From: Paraglomus brasilianum
Taxonomy: Eukaryota
Reading direction: 5' to 3'
Assembly: GCA_910592345.1 (NCBI GenBank)
Contig: CAJVPI010000373.1
Location: 1-32,509, forward strand
DNA length: 32,509 bases
The notes under the pieces are model-generated. The model saw nothing but the letters and a program-made list of their open reading frames with translations, ran no database searches and was not told where the DNA came from. How positions within the stretch are numbered: the first letter of the stretch is position 1; the number at the start of each line of letters is the position of its first letter. Position numbers and translations under genes: made by a program. Of the stretch, positions 11,447 through 27,717 are shown one piece after another.

Positions 11447-11874
11447 ATACAATTGTACGCTTCTTATATAATTATTACGCTATATTCTTTGGGTGTACCA
11501 TACATACCACCAGCGGAAATTGATGACATTAAATTCAGTCTCACTGGGTGCGTCTTAAATAATATTGTAACTCGCCACGTCTGGATCATCTGACACTGAC
11601 ATCATGGGCGAAGATTTGCTTAGTATAAGATGTAGGTGCACAACCAACGAAGGTAATATTCATAGAGCCATCTCGTAATGTGTTGATCAGTAATATAATA
11701 ATATTGCGCAATGATAAATATCCTGGCTACATTATCTCTGATACTAACAACATATTTTAAATACAAATGTCACATGTTCAATTTCTTAGATTGATTAGAT
11801 CAATCTTATCAGACAAATATTAAATAGTTTGTCGATCATAAAACATTAATTAATATTAATACGAATTGAGAAAA

Positions 11875-13502
<1,628 letters not shown>

Positions 13503-13766
13503 TGAGGCGAAAAGGGTGAGGAGGGAAACTCGGTAAAAAATGGTTGTATATAAAATAAATGTAGCGTATGCATGGGCATCAAATGGTTGGTCATGTTGCC
13601 ATTTTTTGGAATTGATTTCACAATAAAATATGGGTTTCCTCATAAAAAGTGACCACTACTTTCCCGCTCACTCTATTTCTCACCGCTCTCGTGTCTTTGT
13701 ACAATCTTTATTAGTTGCACTAAAAGATGCATTTCAAGCCTCCAACATTTTCTCATCACATCCGAT

Positions 13767-15450
13767 TTATTCCTTGACCCTCCGCCGCTTATATTCTTCC
13801 AAAATTTCTTTATTCTCACCGCTTCCCCAAAGCCCACAAAACAGGTCGAATTCGACTTGCTTTACGACCCCCAACGGATCCATCGATGCTGACGCGATCA
13901 AACTTTTCATACTTCTCACGGCTTTCACCGAATTCCTCTTCCTTACGGAACCATGTTCTCCTTCCATCGGTCCTTGGAAGTAAACGAAAGGATCGAGGAA
14001 TTCGACGGATTTCGAGACGGATTCGCCGGATTCAGAGAGTGTGTTGGCAAAACCCATGTCGAGGGCCGACTGGCCGGCGATTTCGCCGCTTGTGGCTAAA
14101 AGCTTTAGGGCCTGGATTGGTAAAAAAAAAAAGTTGAACAGTGCGAGTTGCGATTGAGCAAGATAGAGAAACGAACCAGAAGAGAAGGGGGCATTCGGGA
14201 TGAAGAGATTTACCTTTGCACGACCGACAATTCCAGCCAGTCTTGCTCCTCCGCCCCACACAGTCGAGGTCGCCTAACGGAACAGTTGACGATAAAATTT
14301 TAATATATAATTAGCATACTCTATGAGATTGTGTTTCCCATCTTGGTTTTGATATTGTATTCAAAACAAAAACTCACCATCTTGACTTGCTACTGTCGCC
14401 AAACACCATTACCACAATTGATAATATATTTAATATACAATTAATACCAATCATTCTTCCCCCAAGTTTTCTACGCAATCTTGCCCCATATCAACCATAC
14501 CACAAACCGCACTACAGCCGAGTGCGACAAGATTCGATAGTCACAACTGGTCGTCAATTCCGCTCCACCGCCAAGTGCGTAACCTTCAATAGCTGCTACT
14601 GATACTAAAGGAAGCCGAAAGAACCGTAGCAGAGTGTCTTGCATGACGCTACCCATTTTTGCGGCACTTGTTGAATCGTTTATGTGATCTTTTGCTATGT
14701 TCAAGTCTATTAATTTGATTATGTGATAGCATAAGTGAGGAATGAGGATTGTTGAAGAAGAAAAAGAGGGAGGATTGGGCGATGAAAAAGCATCAGATGT
14801 TACCTAATCCGGCTATAGTCATCATGTGTGATTGAAGGAGGTTTAGAGAATTCGTTTGTAGTAGGCGAGAATGCGGAAGAGGAAAAGGCGTTGTCGATAT
14901 GTGAGTAAACTCGTAAAACAACCACATCTTATAAGACCAAACATCTATGCATTGATGGATTATTATTCATCTTTATATGTGCAGGATTACTCACAGCAAA
15001 AAGACTTGTTTCCACTTCCAGTCAATATAACGGCCACCAATGCACTCTCTTCCTCTGATTCCACTTTCCCTTCAATTATACTTTGTAATTTATCGACTGC
15101 ATCTGCCAATTGAGCCATCATTCTACCACACAATGCGTTGTGTCGTCCTGGGTTCCTTTAAATGAGTCATGGTTTTCAGGAAAGCTATACTATGCGGGCC
15201 ATATAGCTCGTTCTCCTCGTTCCCTCTTTCTTCCTTTTTCCTACTAGGCCGCCTCGGGTTTATCCTACCTTAGACTAATCAAAGCGATCCCAGGAGCGAA
15301 TTTTGTATCAAAGTCGACAGAACCACATCCCAAACTCCTCAGCTCCTCGCGCGTCCTTCGCAAGTCTGTTGCAGCCGAGTATAATCTAATTTGATGTCTG
15401 ATGTGGGATGACAAACGTGAACGCAAGTTGCGGGAAATTACAGCATTCAT
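13767..15450 (-). CDS. ECHDC1: Crotonase-superfamily enzyme, ethylmalonyl-CoA decarboxylase (ECHDC1)-like
   Basis: NPGRHNALCGRMMAQL, FCSGLDL, VAAIEGYALGGGAELTTSCDYR, RFVQVKMATSTVWGGGARL..IVGR.KAL. The TTxCDxR / FVxxxM / WGG signature matches ECHDC1. Exons 15450-15269, 15155-14995, 14812-14804, 14706-14501, 14389-14378, 14273-14214, 14111-13767. Confidence 0.8.
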
Positions 15451-16433
15451 CTACGTTGAACAATGCGGTGTAGATAACGATAACGGATGAATAGGAAGTA
15501 ACTGGAATGTGACATGTTAGTGATTGAGATTGATCAATCCTGTGTGTGCTGATATATATGGCAAATCATACGATGTGCAAGACATTGCAGGGATCATATT
15601 ATTGACCCCGTTTATATTAATATCACTTGATTGAAACGTGTCGAACGACAGAATGATTGTATGTTAGTATTATTGTTACGTACGTATACCATAAATAATC
15701 CTACTTTTAATATTAATATCACTTTTAATATCACTTTCGATACTTTTCTCGCTCAGATAATTAACCAGGGTCGATGTAAAAGATTTAAGCACCGCGAGCT
15801 TTACGAGATAAAATAAAGCATGTTATGTAAGGTTGTGGAAGACCCTTCCTATGCTGGTTAATGTCTCAATAACTATAGCATCTTTATTCTATTGCATTAT
15901 TGGAGCATACAAAATGATAAATAGAAGGGAGTGTTTAGGTGGGTGAATAAGACCAACTTTTTAAAACATTGCTCGTCACTTTATTCAATATGAGAGTGTG
16001 CTATACACATTAATATTAATGCCTCTCTTTTTATATTGTCGACTGCTTTATTATGTTACCATAATTCGTTACGTTTATAACAACTTGTTTGTATAAGAAT
16101 GCGAGTTTCAAAATTGAACAAAGTTTTTTTTTGTGACTGCTTTATCCTAATAAGGATTCGACTTATTAATATGGAGTTTCATAGATCAGGTGTTAAATAT
16201 TTACATGCTAGAGAATCCAATCAATCGCATTCTGATAACATATTCCCTTTGATGTTTACGAACGTCGTGATTACCGATTACCAGGAAAGGTGGTTATTAA
16301 TATATATTTATATTCTAATCAAATGTCTTGTTTTAGCAATGCTTAATTTGCATATCTGGCATAGCATGATGGTTGTTTATGTGATCCGATTGAGACAATT
16401 CCTGCCCAATCGGATCAATGCCAAAATTATCAT

Positions 16434-16537
16434 ATAATTTGGCCATTTCGAAATAGTCACCATTTGACGTCATTAACGTTATGTTTATTAGTGCATTAGA
16501 TTATTGCGATGTGACAATTTCGAAACGGCCAAATTAT
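16434..16537. mobile_element. MITE-like element with 27-bp terminal inverted repeats
   Basis: ATAATTTGGCCATTTCGAAATAGTCAC (16434-16460) versus the reverse complement of 16511-16537, ATAATTTGGCCGTTTCGAAATTGTCAC: 25/27 identical, with a 50-bp spacer. Confidence 0.65.
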
Positions 16538-17028
16538 TACAAATCGAGCGTTCTAGACAATCATTTCTTGGCAAACATGTGCGCATATATGGCCCATGAT
16601 GATCATAATGCAAGCATAATAATACAATGGGACGTAATAATAAAAAAACATTGCCACATTTTCTTTTTTATTTTGGGCATTACACCAAGTACACGTGAAC
16701 GAAAGTCTCTAGTCGTTCATTCATATAGCATTTCCCCGAATGCTTGCTCCTTTTGGACAAAAATGTCAACTCATTCGGGAATACTTTGTGGGAATCGGCT
16801 ATTATATATAGATCGTATATCACTATATTATGAAGTCCTTATTATTATCTTGGTGGGGACGAAAATCGTGAAGGATCGTCGATCTAACCTAACTGCGCCT
16901 GGGAATTTGATACTTGATAAGTCGAAAAGATATTCCGCGGCGTGATATTTTTGTTGCTATGTCCCGGATTGATAAATAGGGTTACGTTGCCCACGCAAAA
17001 ACATCGTAGAATAATTCTGTTTCAGAAA

Positions 17029-18374
17029 ATGATAGTGACAAGTCTATTAGTCAAGTGTATTTTGCTGTCGATAGTGTCGTTTGCTGTGAAAGGAGAAGAA
17101 ACACCCCGTATATGGAATTACTATGAGAGGTGAGATCTGACACGTTCATATAGATTCTAATTCAAGAGCATTTGTGTTAAGGACATGCCGTTTATGCCTT
17201 TTCAGGGTCATAAAAGTCGTTCTCTCCAGTACGGATTACAGTGATGTAATGGCGGATCCATATTTCTCTTATCTTGTAAGCTCCCCTTACGTGTTGACAA
17301 TGTATGCTACGTCGAGTCATATTCTAATAACATTGATCTATTTGCAGGCTGAGCAAGGCATTCTTTTATCAAATTCTCACGCAATATGGAGACCGTCTCA
17401 ACCAAATTATATAGCAATGATCCATGGTAACAAGGGAGGAGTGGTAAGCATTACTATGACGTGAGAAAGGTTATTTATTTATCTTCATTATGAATCATGG
17501 AATAATCCGGCACACTGATTCTTATGTGATCCCATGAGTAGTGATTGTAACAGTCGCCTTTAACCGTCTTGATAAAAATGCAGCTCTTTAATACAGACTC
17601 GGACGTGGATGGTCCGTCTCTTCCAGAAAGATTAGAAGAGAGAAATATTACATGGAAGGCATATATGGAGAACTATCCAGGTACATATCGTCAATCATGT
17701 AACAGCATGTATTTGAATAATCACGTGTATTCGTAACGAACATTGTATACTTTTACTACAGGGGATGGATTTACGGACTCGCATGACGAGCAGAATTTAT
17801 ATTACAGAAAGCATAATCCATTCATATCAATGACAAACATACGCGAAAATCCAGACATGGTGGCCAAGATAGTAAACGCTGATCAACTGAAAACGGACAT
17901 GGAGAATGGTGATGTACCCGAGTACTGCTTCTATGTGTAAGTATGATCCACTTTACTTGCTCATCCAATTAATCTCGTGGGCATCAATCCACTGACTTTT
18001 TTTCTTTTCTTTTTGGGTAATCTCGCAGACCGAATATTAAGCATTCTGGTCATGAGACAAACGTCACATACACATCAAACTACATACGTTACGCTTTAAT
18101 GCCAATTCTTCAGCCAATTCTCACGTCATCTAGAACACTTCTCATAATAACGTATGATGAGCCAGCATCGTTAATCGAGATTGCTACTATCAACCATATC
18201 TTTACATTATTAATTGGCCCAAATGTATTAAGACCTCGTATACATGAGGATGCATCGTATTATAATCACTATAGCCTACTTGTAAATATAGAAGATAACT
18301 GGAATCTTACCAGATTGGGGACAGAACACGAACGTGATGCAAGTATAATAGACCCTAATTTGTTCGTGGGTTAA
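17029..18374 (+). CDS. Secreted phosphoesterase family (acid phosphatase/AcpA-PLC-like) protein
   Basis: Signal peptide; DPYFSYLAEQGILLSN, PSQPNYIAMI, ITWKAYMENYP, YYRKHNPF, GHET, LIITYDE, YNHYSLLVNIEDNWNL. Exons 17029-17129, 17206-17275, 17348-17443, 17584-17680, 17762-17936, 18029-18374. Confidence 0.9.
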
Positions 18375-18542
18375 GAACAGACGAGTAAATGTACAGATTA
18401 TGAGGACATTGATGATAGCATTCAACCCACAAAGACTCTACTAGACATTTAATACAATAATATAATTGTAGTATCCTTAATAACACTAATAAAAGTTGGT
18501 TAGATTATCAACATCTGCAAAGCCACAATTCGCGGACAACAA

Positions 18543-19848
18543 ATGTCAGGAAGGAACCCGATAAACATTAGATTGGTATATGGGTCATGGAAAGAGAAAT
18601 TCTGCGTTTGCTATAAACCACCAGGTATGATATTCGGTCGTGCTCGCATCATAATATCGAGCATAACGACGGATTACAAAATAACGGACAAACACAGGCA
18701 TTACAGTCCAGCACAATGACTCGAATAGACCAACAATAAACGGAGAAGCCCAAAAGCACTTGCAAGCGGGACAACGCGTGTACAATGTCCATAGGTAATT
18801 GCAATACTATAATTGACTTTGACCTAGCTCACAAAATAACAGAGACTCTCTATTCTGTATGCGAAAAAGACTGGATAAACTCACACAGGTAGACAAAGTC
18901 GACGCTCACGCCAAAGCTTTTATTAAACTCACGTTCGACCATTATTCGAAAGGGCCTGCTCGTCTTGGCATTTGACCCAGAGACAGCAAATATTCTAGCA
19001 AACTCGCTCAGAAACGATCAATGGAAGAAATGGTTTGCACAATTGATTGGTATTATCGCGACTGATGGGTTATAGAATGTCTATTGAAACGATCGTTAAC
19101 ATTCAAGGTATAGAGCGTTAGTAAGACTTCCAACCGATATGAGCCAACTGCCAAGGCAATCCCTTTATCTGCAAGGAACTATGATTGCACCAGCAGGACG
19201 ATTAGCAAAGAGTGGAAGGTTGCATAGTTGGATAACAAGGTATGAGAATGTAAAACGAAACAAAGCATTGTAAAAAACAACTCATTGCAACTTTTTGTTT
19301 CAAGGTCACCAGCAACAATCCAACCTTACAAAATCCAATCACCTGAACAAGTCGATTCCAACACGACCACCATCGATAGTCCCACTATGGAAGACAAAGA
19401 CACAATGTCTCCCTTGACTTTACTCTCTCCCCTTCACTTGACCCATCTAACCTTCCACCACAACAAACTTCCTCACTCTCTGCATTCTACATCTCTTGCC
19501 AACTCTCTCTTTGCCCACTCTGTTCCACCTCGTTACCCTTCTTCCAAACCCTCTTCCACATCATTCTATCTTGACTCTATATATCCTACTTCTCAGACGG
19601 TTCTGTACAATCTTTTATTGCACACAGGCCGGACTCATCAGATTCGCGTACATTTGGCTGAAGCGGGATTTCCCATTGTGGGAGATTACGTATACGAAAA
19701 TTTACGAAGAAGAAACGCGTACGATCCTGATGCCGAACTGGCGTTGCAAAGTTGTAGAATTAAATTTCCTATGCCTGGGGTAGATGGAGAATGGGTGGAT
19801 GTTAAAGCTGAAATCCCTAAAGATTGGGATAAATGGATGGTGGAATAA
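18543..19848 (+). CDS. RluA/RPUSD-family RNA pseudouridine synthase
   Basis: YKPPG, VHRLDKLTQGLLVLA, K.YRALV, LHTGRTHQIRVHLA..GFPIVGDYVY, LALQS motifs. Exons 18543-18624, 18698-~18795, 18870-18888, 18953-19032, 19108-19239, 19305-19848. Confidence 0.9.
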
Positions 19849-20212
19849 AGAGAAACAAGAATGAAGGAATTGGGAAAAGAAAAATAGCAATATAATAGAA
19901 AATTACGGTATGTCATTGAATTAAGTTAACCCAGTAGGCCCAATTATCTGCTCCGGACTACAATCAAAATGCTGCGTTGTAGAAGGCAGTATAGATTCTA
20001 CAATTGTGAATTCTATGAATACGTCTTTTGTATGTGAGCATTAACCGGAGATTCGGTTTCGATTGCCAGAATTGTTAGCCTACATCCCCTTTTGGATGCA
20101 TTGTGCGACCATAAGTTATTCAACGCGTTTATCGGCGTGTCATGATGATCGTCGTTCATTATTCACCGCAAGCTTTTACCTGAATTACTTTCGCCTCGCC
20201 AAGCTGGTCAAC

Positions 20213-23200
20213 ATGCGTGAATATGTCGCAAAATCCGTTACTATCCAATTTCCGTTTGATCCATACAAATGCCAAGAGGTATTCATGGAAAAAGTCGTCC
20301 TTGCCTTGCAGTCAAGCGCAAACGCGCTTTTGGAAAGTCCAACTGGAACCGGAAAGACGTTGTGTTTGTTATGTGCCACACTTGCTTGGCGTGAAGCGTA
20401 TCTAGCCCGTCGGCAACTAGCTCAGGCTCTTTCGCGAGGTTTAATGGACAATTTTAATGATGACTTGCGGCGTTCTTTGGATACATCGGTATCGACTTCA
20501 CCAGAGAAAGGTAAGAAAATTAAAATTGTAAAATTGTATCCATTATGTTCTTGTTAAAGATAACGTAATGCATGTATGTTACGAACGAATTTGATTTTAT
20601 AGAGGATTATACTAGGCCTCCCCCCACAATATACTATGCTTCTCGTACCCATTCGCAATTGTCGCAGGCAGTTAATCAATTGAAGGCAACTGCGTACAGG
20701 TTAGCCATGAACGTGCATCACTGCAGCTTTTCTTAAATCTAAAAACCACATTGATATTTTTGTTTAGCCCCAAAGTCTGCGTTTTAGGCTCTCGGGACCA
20801 ACTATGCATTAATAATACAGTGCAGAAACTTCCCCATAGCGCTGCTCGAAATATGGTCTGTCGTCATCTGGTCAAAAAAAAGGCTTGTCAATTTCACAAA
20901 AACGTCAACAGTATGATATCTATGCGCGTGATAATTATGGTATATCTTTGGGCGCTGTCATTTCACGGCAATAAATTGTGTTTGCAATTTTGTAGTTACA
21001 AAAACAGATACAAAGTTTGAGCGAGAAATTATGGACATTGAAGAAGTCGTTTCTTTCGGGAAGGATCATGGGTGCGTCGATGTGTGTGTATGATGACTAT
21101 TCAAAGAACATTTGCTGACTGGGAATTTCTGCTTTACCAAAGAGCTTGCCCTTACTATGTCACACGTGAAAATCAAAACACGGCAGATATCATATTTGTG
21201 CCGTACAACTACTTGATTGATGCCAGTGCTCGCAAAGCGCAGAACATCGATGTGAACAATGCCATAATAATATTCGACGAGGCCCATAATTTGGTCCGTA
21301 GATTCTTTCTTGGGTTCAAATATTTGTTTGTAATATCACCTAATGCTTTCAGTGGAACTAAATCATAGGAAGGTTGCTGCTGCGAAGCCACATCTTTTGA
21401 AATGACGTCGTCAGAGATAACTGGATCTCTTGAAGAAGTGCAATACTGTATGACCGAGACATTATCTCCTGGCAACATAAACTCAAAGGACTTTGAACTT
21501 TTAAGAGGTAAATAGCACATATAAGAAGTTTACCATGCCATAATTAAAGCTGGGTAATAACGATTTCTCGTGTTTTTATATCGTGTAGATGTATTGGCTA
21601 AACTAGATTGTGAAATTAAAAATCTTGACGTTCACACAAGACCCGATCAAAGTTACCCAGGAGAAAAGATATATGAAATTTTGGATAAGGTATATAAGCA
21701 AGCTTTTTATTGTAAAAATTGCAACGACGCGTTTACAACTTAACGTTTTGTGGCGCCCCGTAAAGGCACAAATCAATTATAATACTTTTCCAGGCTTGAA
21801 AATTCTCATGGAAGAAGCGGCCAACCGGGTCCTGTTAGGTAAGCCTATAAAAAGTTCACTCAACCCAATGTGAAATAATACTCACAAAGGTGTCTGTTTG
21901 TAGATCGAAAGCGTTCTCGCTGCATGCTTGATCACCTCTTATCAGCTTTGAAAATAGTCTTTGGTGAGGCAGGCTCAACAGAAGCCGAACATTGTAAACA
22001 GATATCCAAGTATTACAAGGTATGTTACAGTTTGCTGTTTCACTTTATTGTTGCCAATTGTAGTTATAATTGAAACGTTGTCAATTTGTTAGTTGCATGT
22101 CTCGCTAGAAAAGAAGGAGGGTGGTCGATTATCATTGGGTAGTTGATACTATCTTGAGTCGTACCAGCTGTTTATACCACATATTCACATATCGATATTG
22201 ATATTCTGTTGACAATTAGGGAATGGTAGAATCGTAAACTTTTGGTGTTTCAGTCCTGGTTTGGCTATGAGAGACCTTGTCAGTGGAAAGTGTCGATCTG
22301 TCATTCTTGCCAGTGGTACTTTGGCGCCGCTGTCTTCGTTTGCAACTGAACTTGAGATGTAAGTATGTTTGTACGTTTTTACACCAACATGTCAGTATCG
22401 AGTCACATAATCATTAACGTTCGACGTATTCTTAGTGATTTCAATGTTCGCTTAGAGGGTGCTCATGTTATCTCCGCCGATCAGGCAATGGTGTCTATCG
22501 TTTGCAAGGGGCCGTCAAGAATTTCGTTAAACTCAAGCTATAATAATAGGAATGACGAGAATTATCAAGCCGATTTAGGAGAATGCATTAGTAAGCAACT
22601 CACGAAAATATCTGGGACATTTATAAGGCCGTTTTCGAATTAATAATCATACAATTTACAGTTGACTTTAGTAGAACTATTCCGGATGGATTGATCGTTT
22701 TTTTCCCGTCTTATGGCGTTATGACTGATTGTATTAATATATGGAAGCGCAAGGTATTTGGATGCCGAAAAGCGTTGCTATCTTAAGACATTGTATTCAC
22801 GTGTCATGTTTTGTTTGTAGCATTCTCGTGGAAACCGCAAGAGTATTTGGGATTCGATTATAGATATCAAGCAAGCAATTATTGAACCCAAAAACAAACA
22901 GGAATTTGTCAAGGTTAGAAATAAAGCCGAACCTGTTCTGTTTTGTATGAAACATATTGACTGAATGAAGGGCTTTTTTAGGCAATGGCAGAGTTTAATA
23001 TGAAGGTTGCAGACAACTCGAATGGTTCCATATTTTTCGCTGTTTGTCGCGGCAAAGTCTCCGAAGGTCTTGACTTTTCCGATGCTCGGGGGAGAGCAGT
23101 AATTATAACAGGAATACCGTACCCACCATTTCGTGAACCAAAAGTAAACATGTCTCAGTAATGATATTATCCAACATCGCAATCTCATATAGGTTCTGTG

Positions 23201-24219
23201 ACTTTATTAGGTGGTATTAAAAAGACAGTATTTAGACGAAGTAGCGAAAAAACAAAAGACGAGAGCGAAGGTATTTAAGACTGATCTGAATTTATTGTTT
23301 GGATTGACTCATTGTCTGATCTGACTTTATTCTAGGCACTATCGGGTGATGAGTGGTATCAACAACAAGCAGTGCGAGCAGTCAATCAAGGTAAGTTTTA
23401 TTGTGCGCTTTGTTAACGTAGACTCATCAGGCTAATATGTACATTTCATGTCAATTCCGAGCTAGCCTTGGGAAGGGTCATTCGCCATAAAAATGATTAT
23501 GGTGCAATACTTTTATGTGATAACAGGTAATTCAGCTGCAACACTCTTATTATGCGAGTCTATTGGATCTGATCATTCTTCTCATGTTTTAGGTTTGCGA
23601 ACTCGAGAAATTTATCACACTTACCCGTTTGGGTTAGGCCATTTGTGAGAGTTCCAAAGAACTACAACGAAGTGAACGGGCAATTAGCATCGTTTTTCCA
23701 AAAGATGACAACAGTAAGTCAAAAACTATGTAGTGGTCAAATTTAATTCTACGACTACAATATCAACCAATCTTCTTAAGTGCAAACGTCAAGTGACAAG
23801 TCGGGCCAAAGTCAACCAATCACAAGGTGTCACATTACGCAATGATGTCCAGAAAGTGCAGGTATTTGTTTAGTGGGGGCTTGCATGGGAACGGGTAGAA
23901 TTATGACGTAATTCATGTGATCGTATTATGTCGAAATAGGAAATTCTCAAACAGATAGAACACAATCATACTCTCGATACTGTCCTCACAACGATCACAA
24001 CGATAGAGACAGATACTACAAAGAAGCGCAGGCCTTCAATTACTGAATCGCCGTCTGTTATGGTAAGTAAAAGACAGGTTGTTTGAAAAAGGACTATTAC
24101 TTATCAATTATATGTATTTATAATAGATCCATAAAGTTCGTGATACCAACACAGATGCATCAAAAAAGGCATTTCCGCGGCGTAATGCACTGGGGATGAT
24201 AGTGACGAAAGATAAATAA
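20213..24219 (+). CDS. RTEL1: RTEL1-like Fe-S DNA helicase (XPD/DinG family), multi-exon
   Basis: [42 protein letters not shown], Fe-S Cys region (LGSRDQLC...C...C...CPYY), [59 protein letters not shown]. These motifs match RTEL1 rather than FANCJ/XPD/DDX11. The last exons are less certain (stop at 24219, or 24086 if the last intron is retained). Confidence 0.9.
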
Positions 24220-24378
24220 AACATACTTTATTATCTAGTATAACAGAATTGTACCGATATGTAATGCAATTGATCCACTATTTTGAGACTAGTGCAAACT
24301 TTAACCAACAGAACAGCCTACGTGTAACCTAATGGGGTCGATATAAATACACCCTTAACTTAAATGGATCGTATTTGA

Positions 24379-26765
<2,387 letters not shown>

Positions 26766-26889
26766 TTTAATTTTGTACTTATTCGTAAGGATCGCATTCC
26801 GATATTAGTAAAATTATAGCAGATGACTTGAAAGCAAAGTTCATATTTTGATATCTGGCCATTCTTATATTCATCTGCAAAAGATTCTC

Positions 26890-27717
26890 TTACTTCTTAT
26901 CAACATCGTCAAACAACAAAAATCTATTTTCTCCAAGGCCCGTTCCGATGTTCTTAATCTTGTTAGTTCGCCCATTCTGGCTCTCCGGCTCAATTTGGTT
27001 CAATTGGTTTATCTGTCCACCCTGCCTCTTAATAACAACGTATCCTCTCTCAACCACAACTCTCTTTTCTTTCTTTTCTGGTTTCTTATCCACATTTTCG
27101 ACCTCAACCAGTTCCTTTATCCTTAGAATCATGCCTGCTATATACGGTGTCTGAGCATGATAAACAGTCTGATGCAACTTTACGAATCCCAATGCTCTTA
27201 CGACCCTCCTCAACCTCCTCGAAATTCCAATAACACTTCTACGCAAGGTAATTTTAAAAAATCCCAATCCCGAATTTTCATCTATTCGCGGAAGGATATT
27301 GGACGGTGGGTGTTTCTTGGTAAATCTTTTGAGGACAGGATTGTAGACGGAGCGAACAGCGGCTGGATTTCGAGGCGTGCCGTTGGCAAGACGGCCAGAA
27401 GACGGCGGAAGAACGGAAACGAGTTTTGGGCGTGATCGATGCCGGAGACGAGGACGGAGCGTGGATCTTGAAAAGCCTTTGTCGACAGGGGTCGATAGGT
27501 TTCGGATTTGGGACTTGGAAAATGTGAGTGGATGGAATCGGGAAAGAGTAGATGTAGATGGGAAAAGTGGAAATTCATGTGTTTGATGCAATCGGCGTAG
27601 TGGAAAGTCGGCGGATGTGTAGAGACCGTTGTGGTGAGAGCATGTGGTAAATGTGTTTTTGATGTAACGGAACGCGAGAGATAGGCGAGTCGATGCAAAT
27701 TTTCGGATCAAGCTCAT
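26890..27717 (-). CDS. MRPL33: Mitochondrial ribosomal protein uL30m (yeast Mrpl33-like) with long N-terminal extension
   Basis: Intronless 275-aa ORF with an Arg/Ser-rich presequence and an L30 domain FFKITLRRSVIG...RALGFVKLHQTVY...TPYIAGMILRIKELVEVE. Confidence 0.88.
   Translation of the reverse strand: MSLIRKFASTRLSLAFRYIKNTFTTCSHHNGLYTSADFPLRRLHQTHEFPLFPSTSTLSRFHPLTFSKSQIRNLSTPVDKGFSRSTLRPRLRHRSRPKLVSVLPPSSGRLANGTPRNPAAVRSVYNPVLKRFTKKHPPSNILPRIDENSGLGFFKITLRRSVIGISRRLRRVVRALGFVKLHQTVYHAQTPYIAGMILRIKELVEVENVDKKPEKKEKRVVVERGYVVIKRQGGQINQLNQIEPESQNGRTNKIKNIGTGLGENRFLLFDDVDKK

Noticed and set aside
16099..16945. 112-aa and 154-aa plus-strand ORFs
   Set aside because: No recognisable domain, composition typical of AT-rich intergenic DNA, and they run through palindromic elements.
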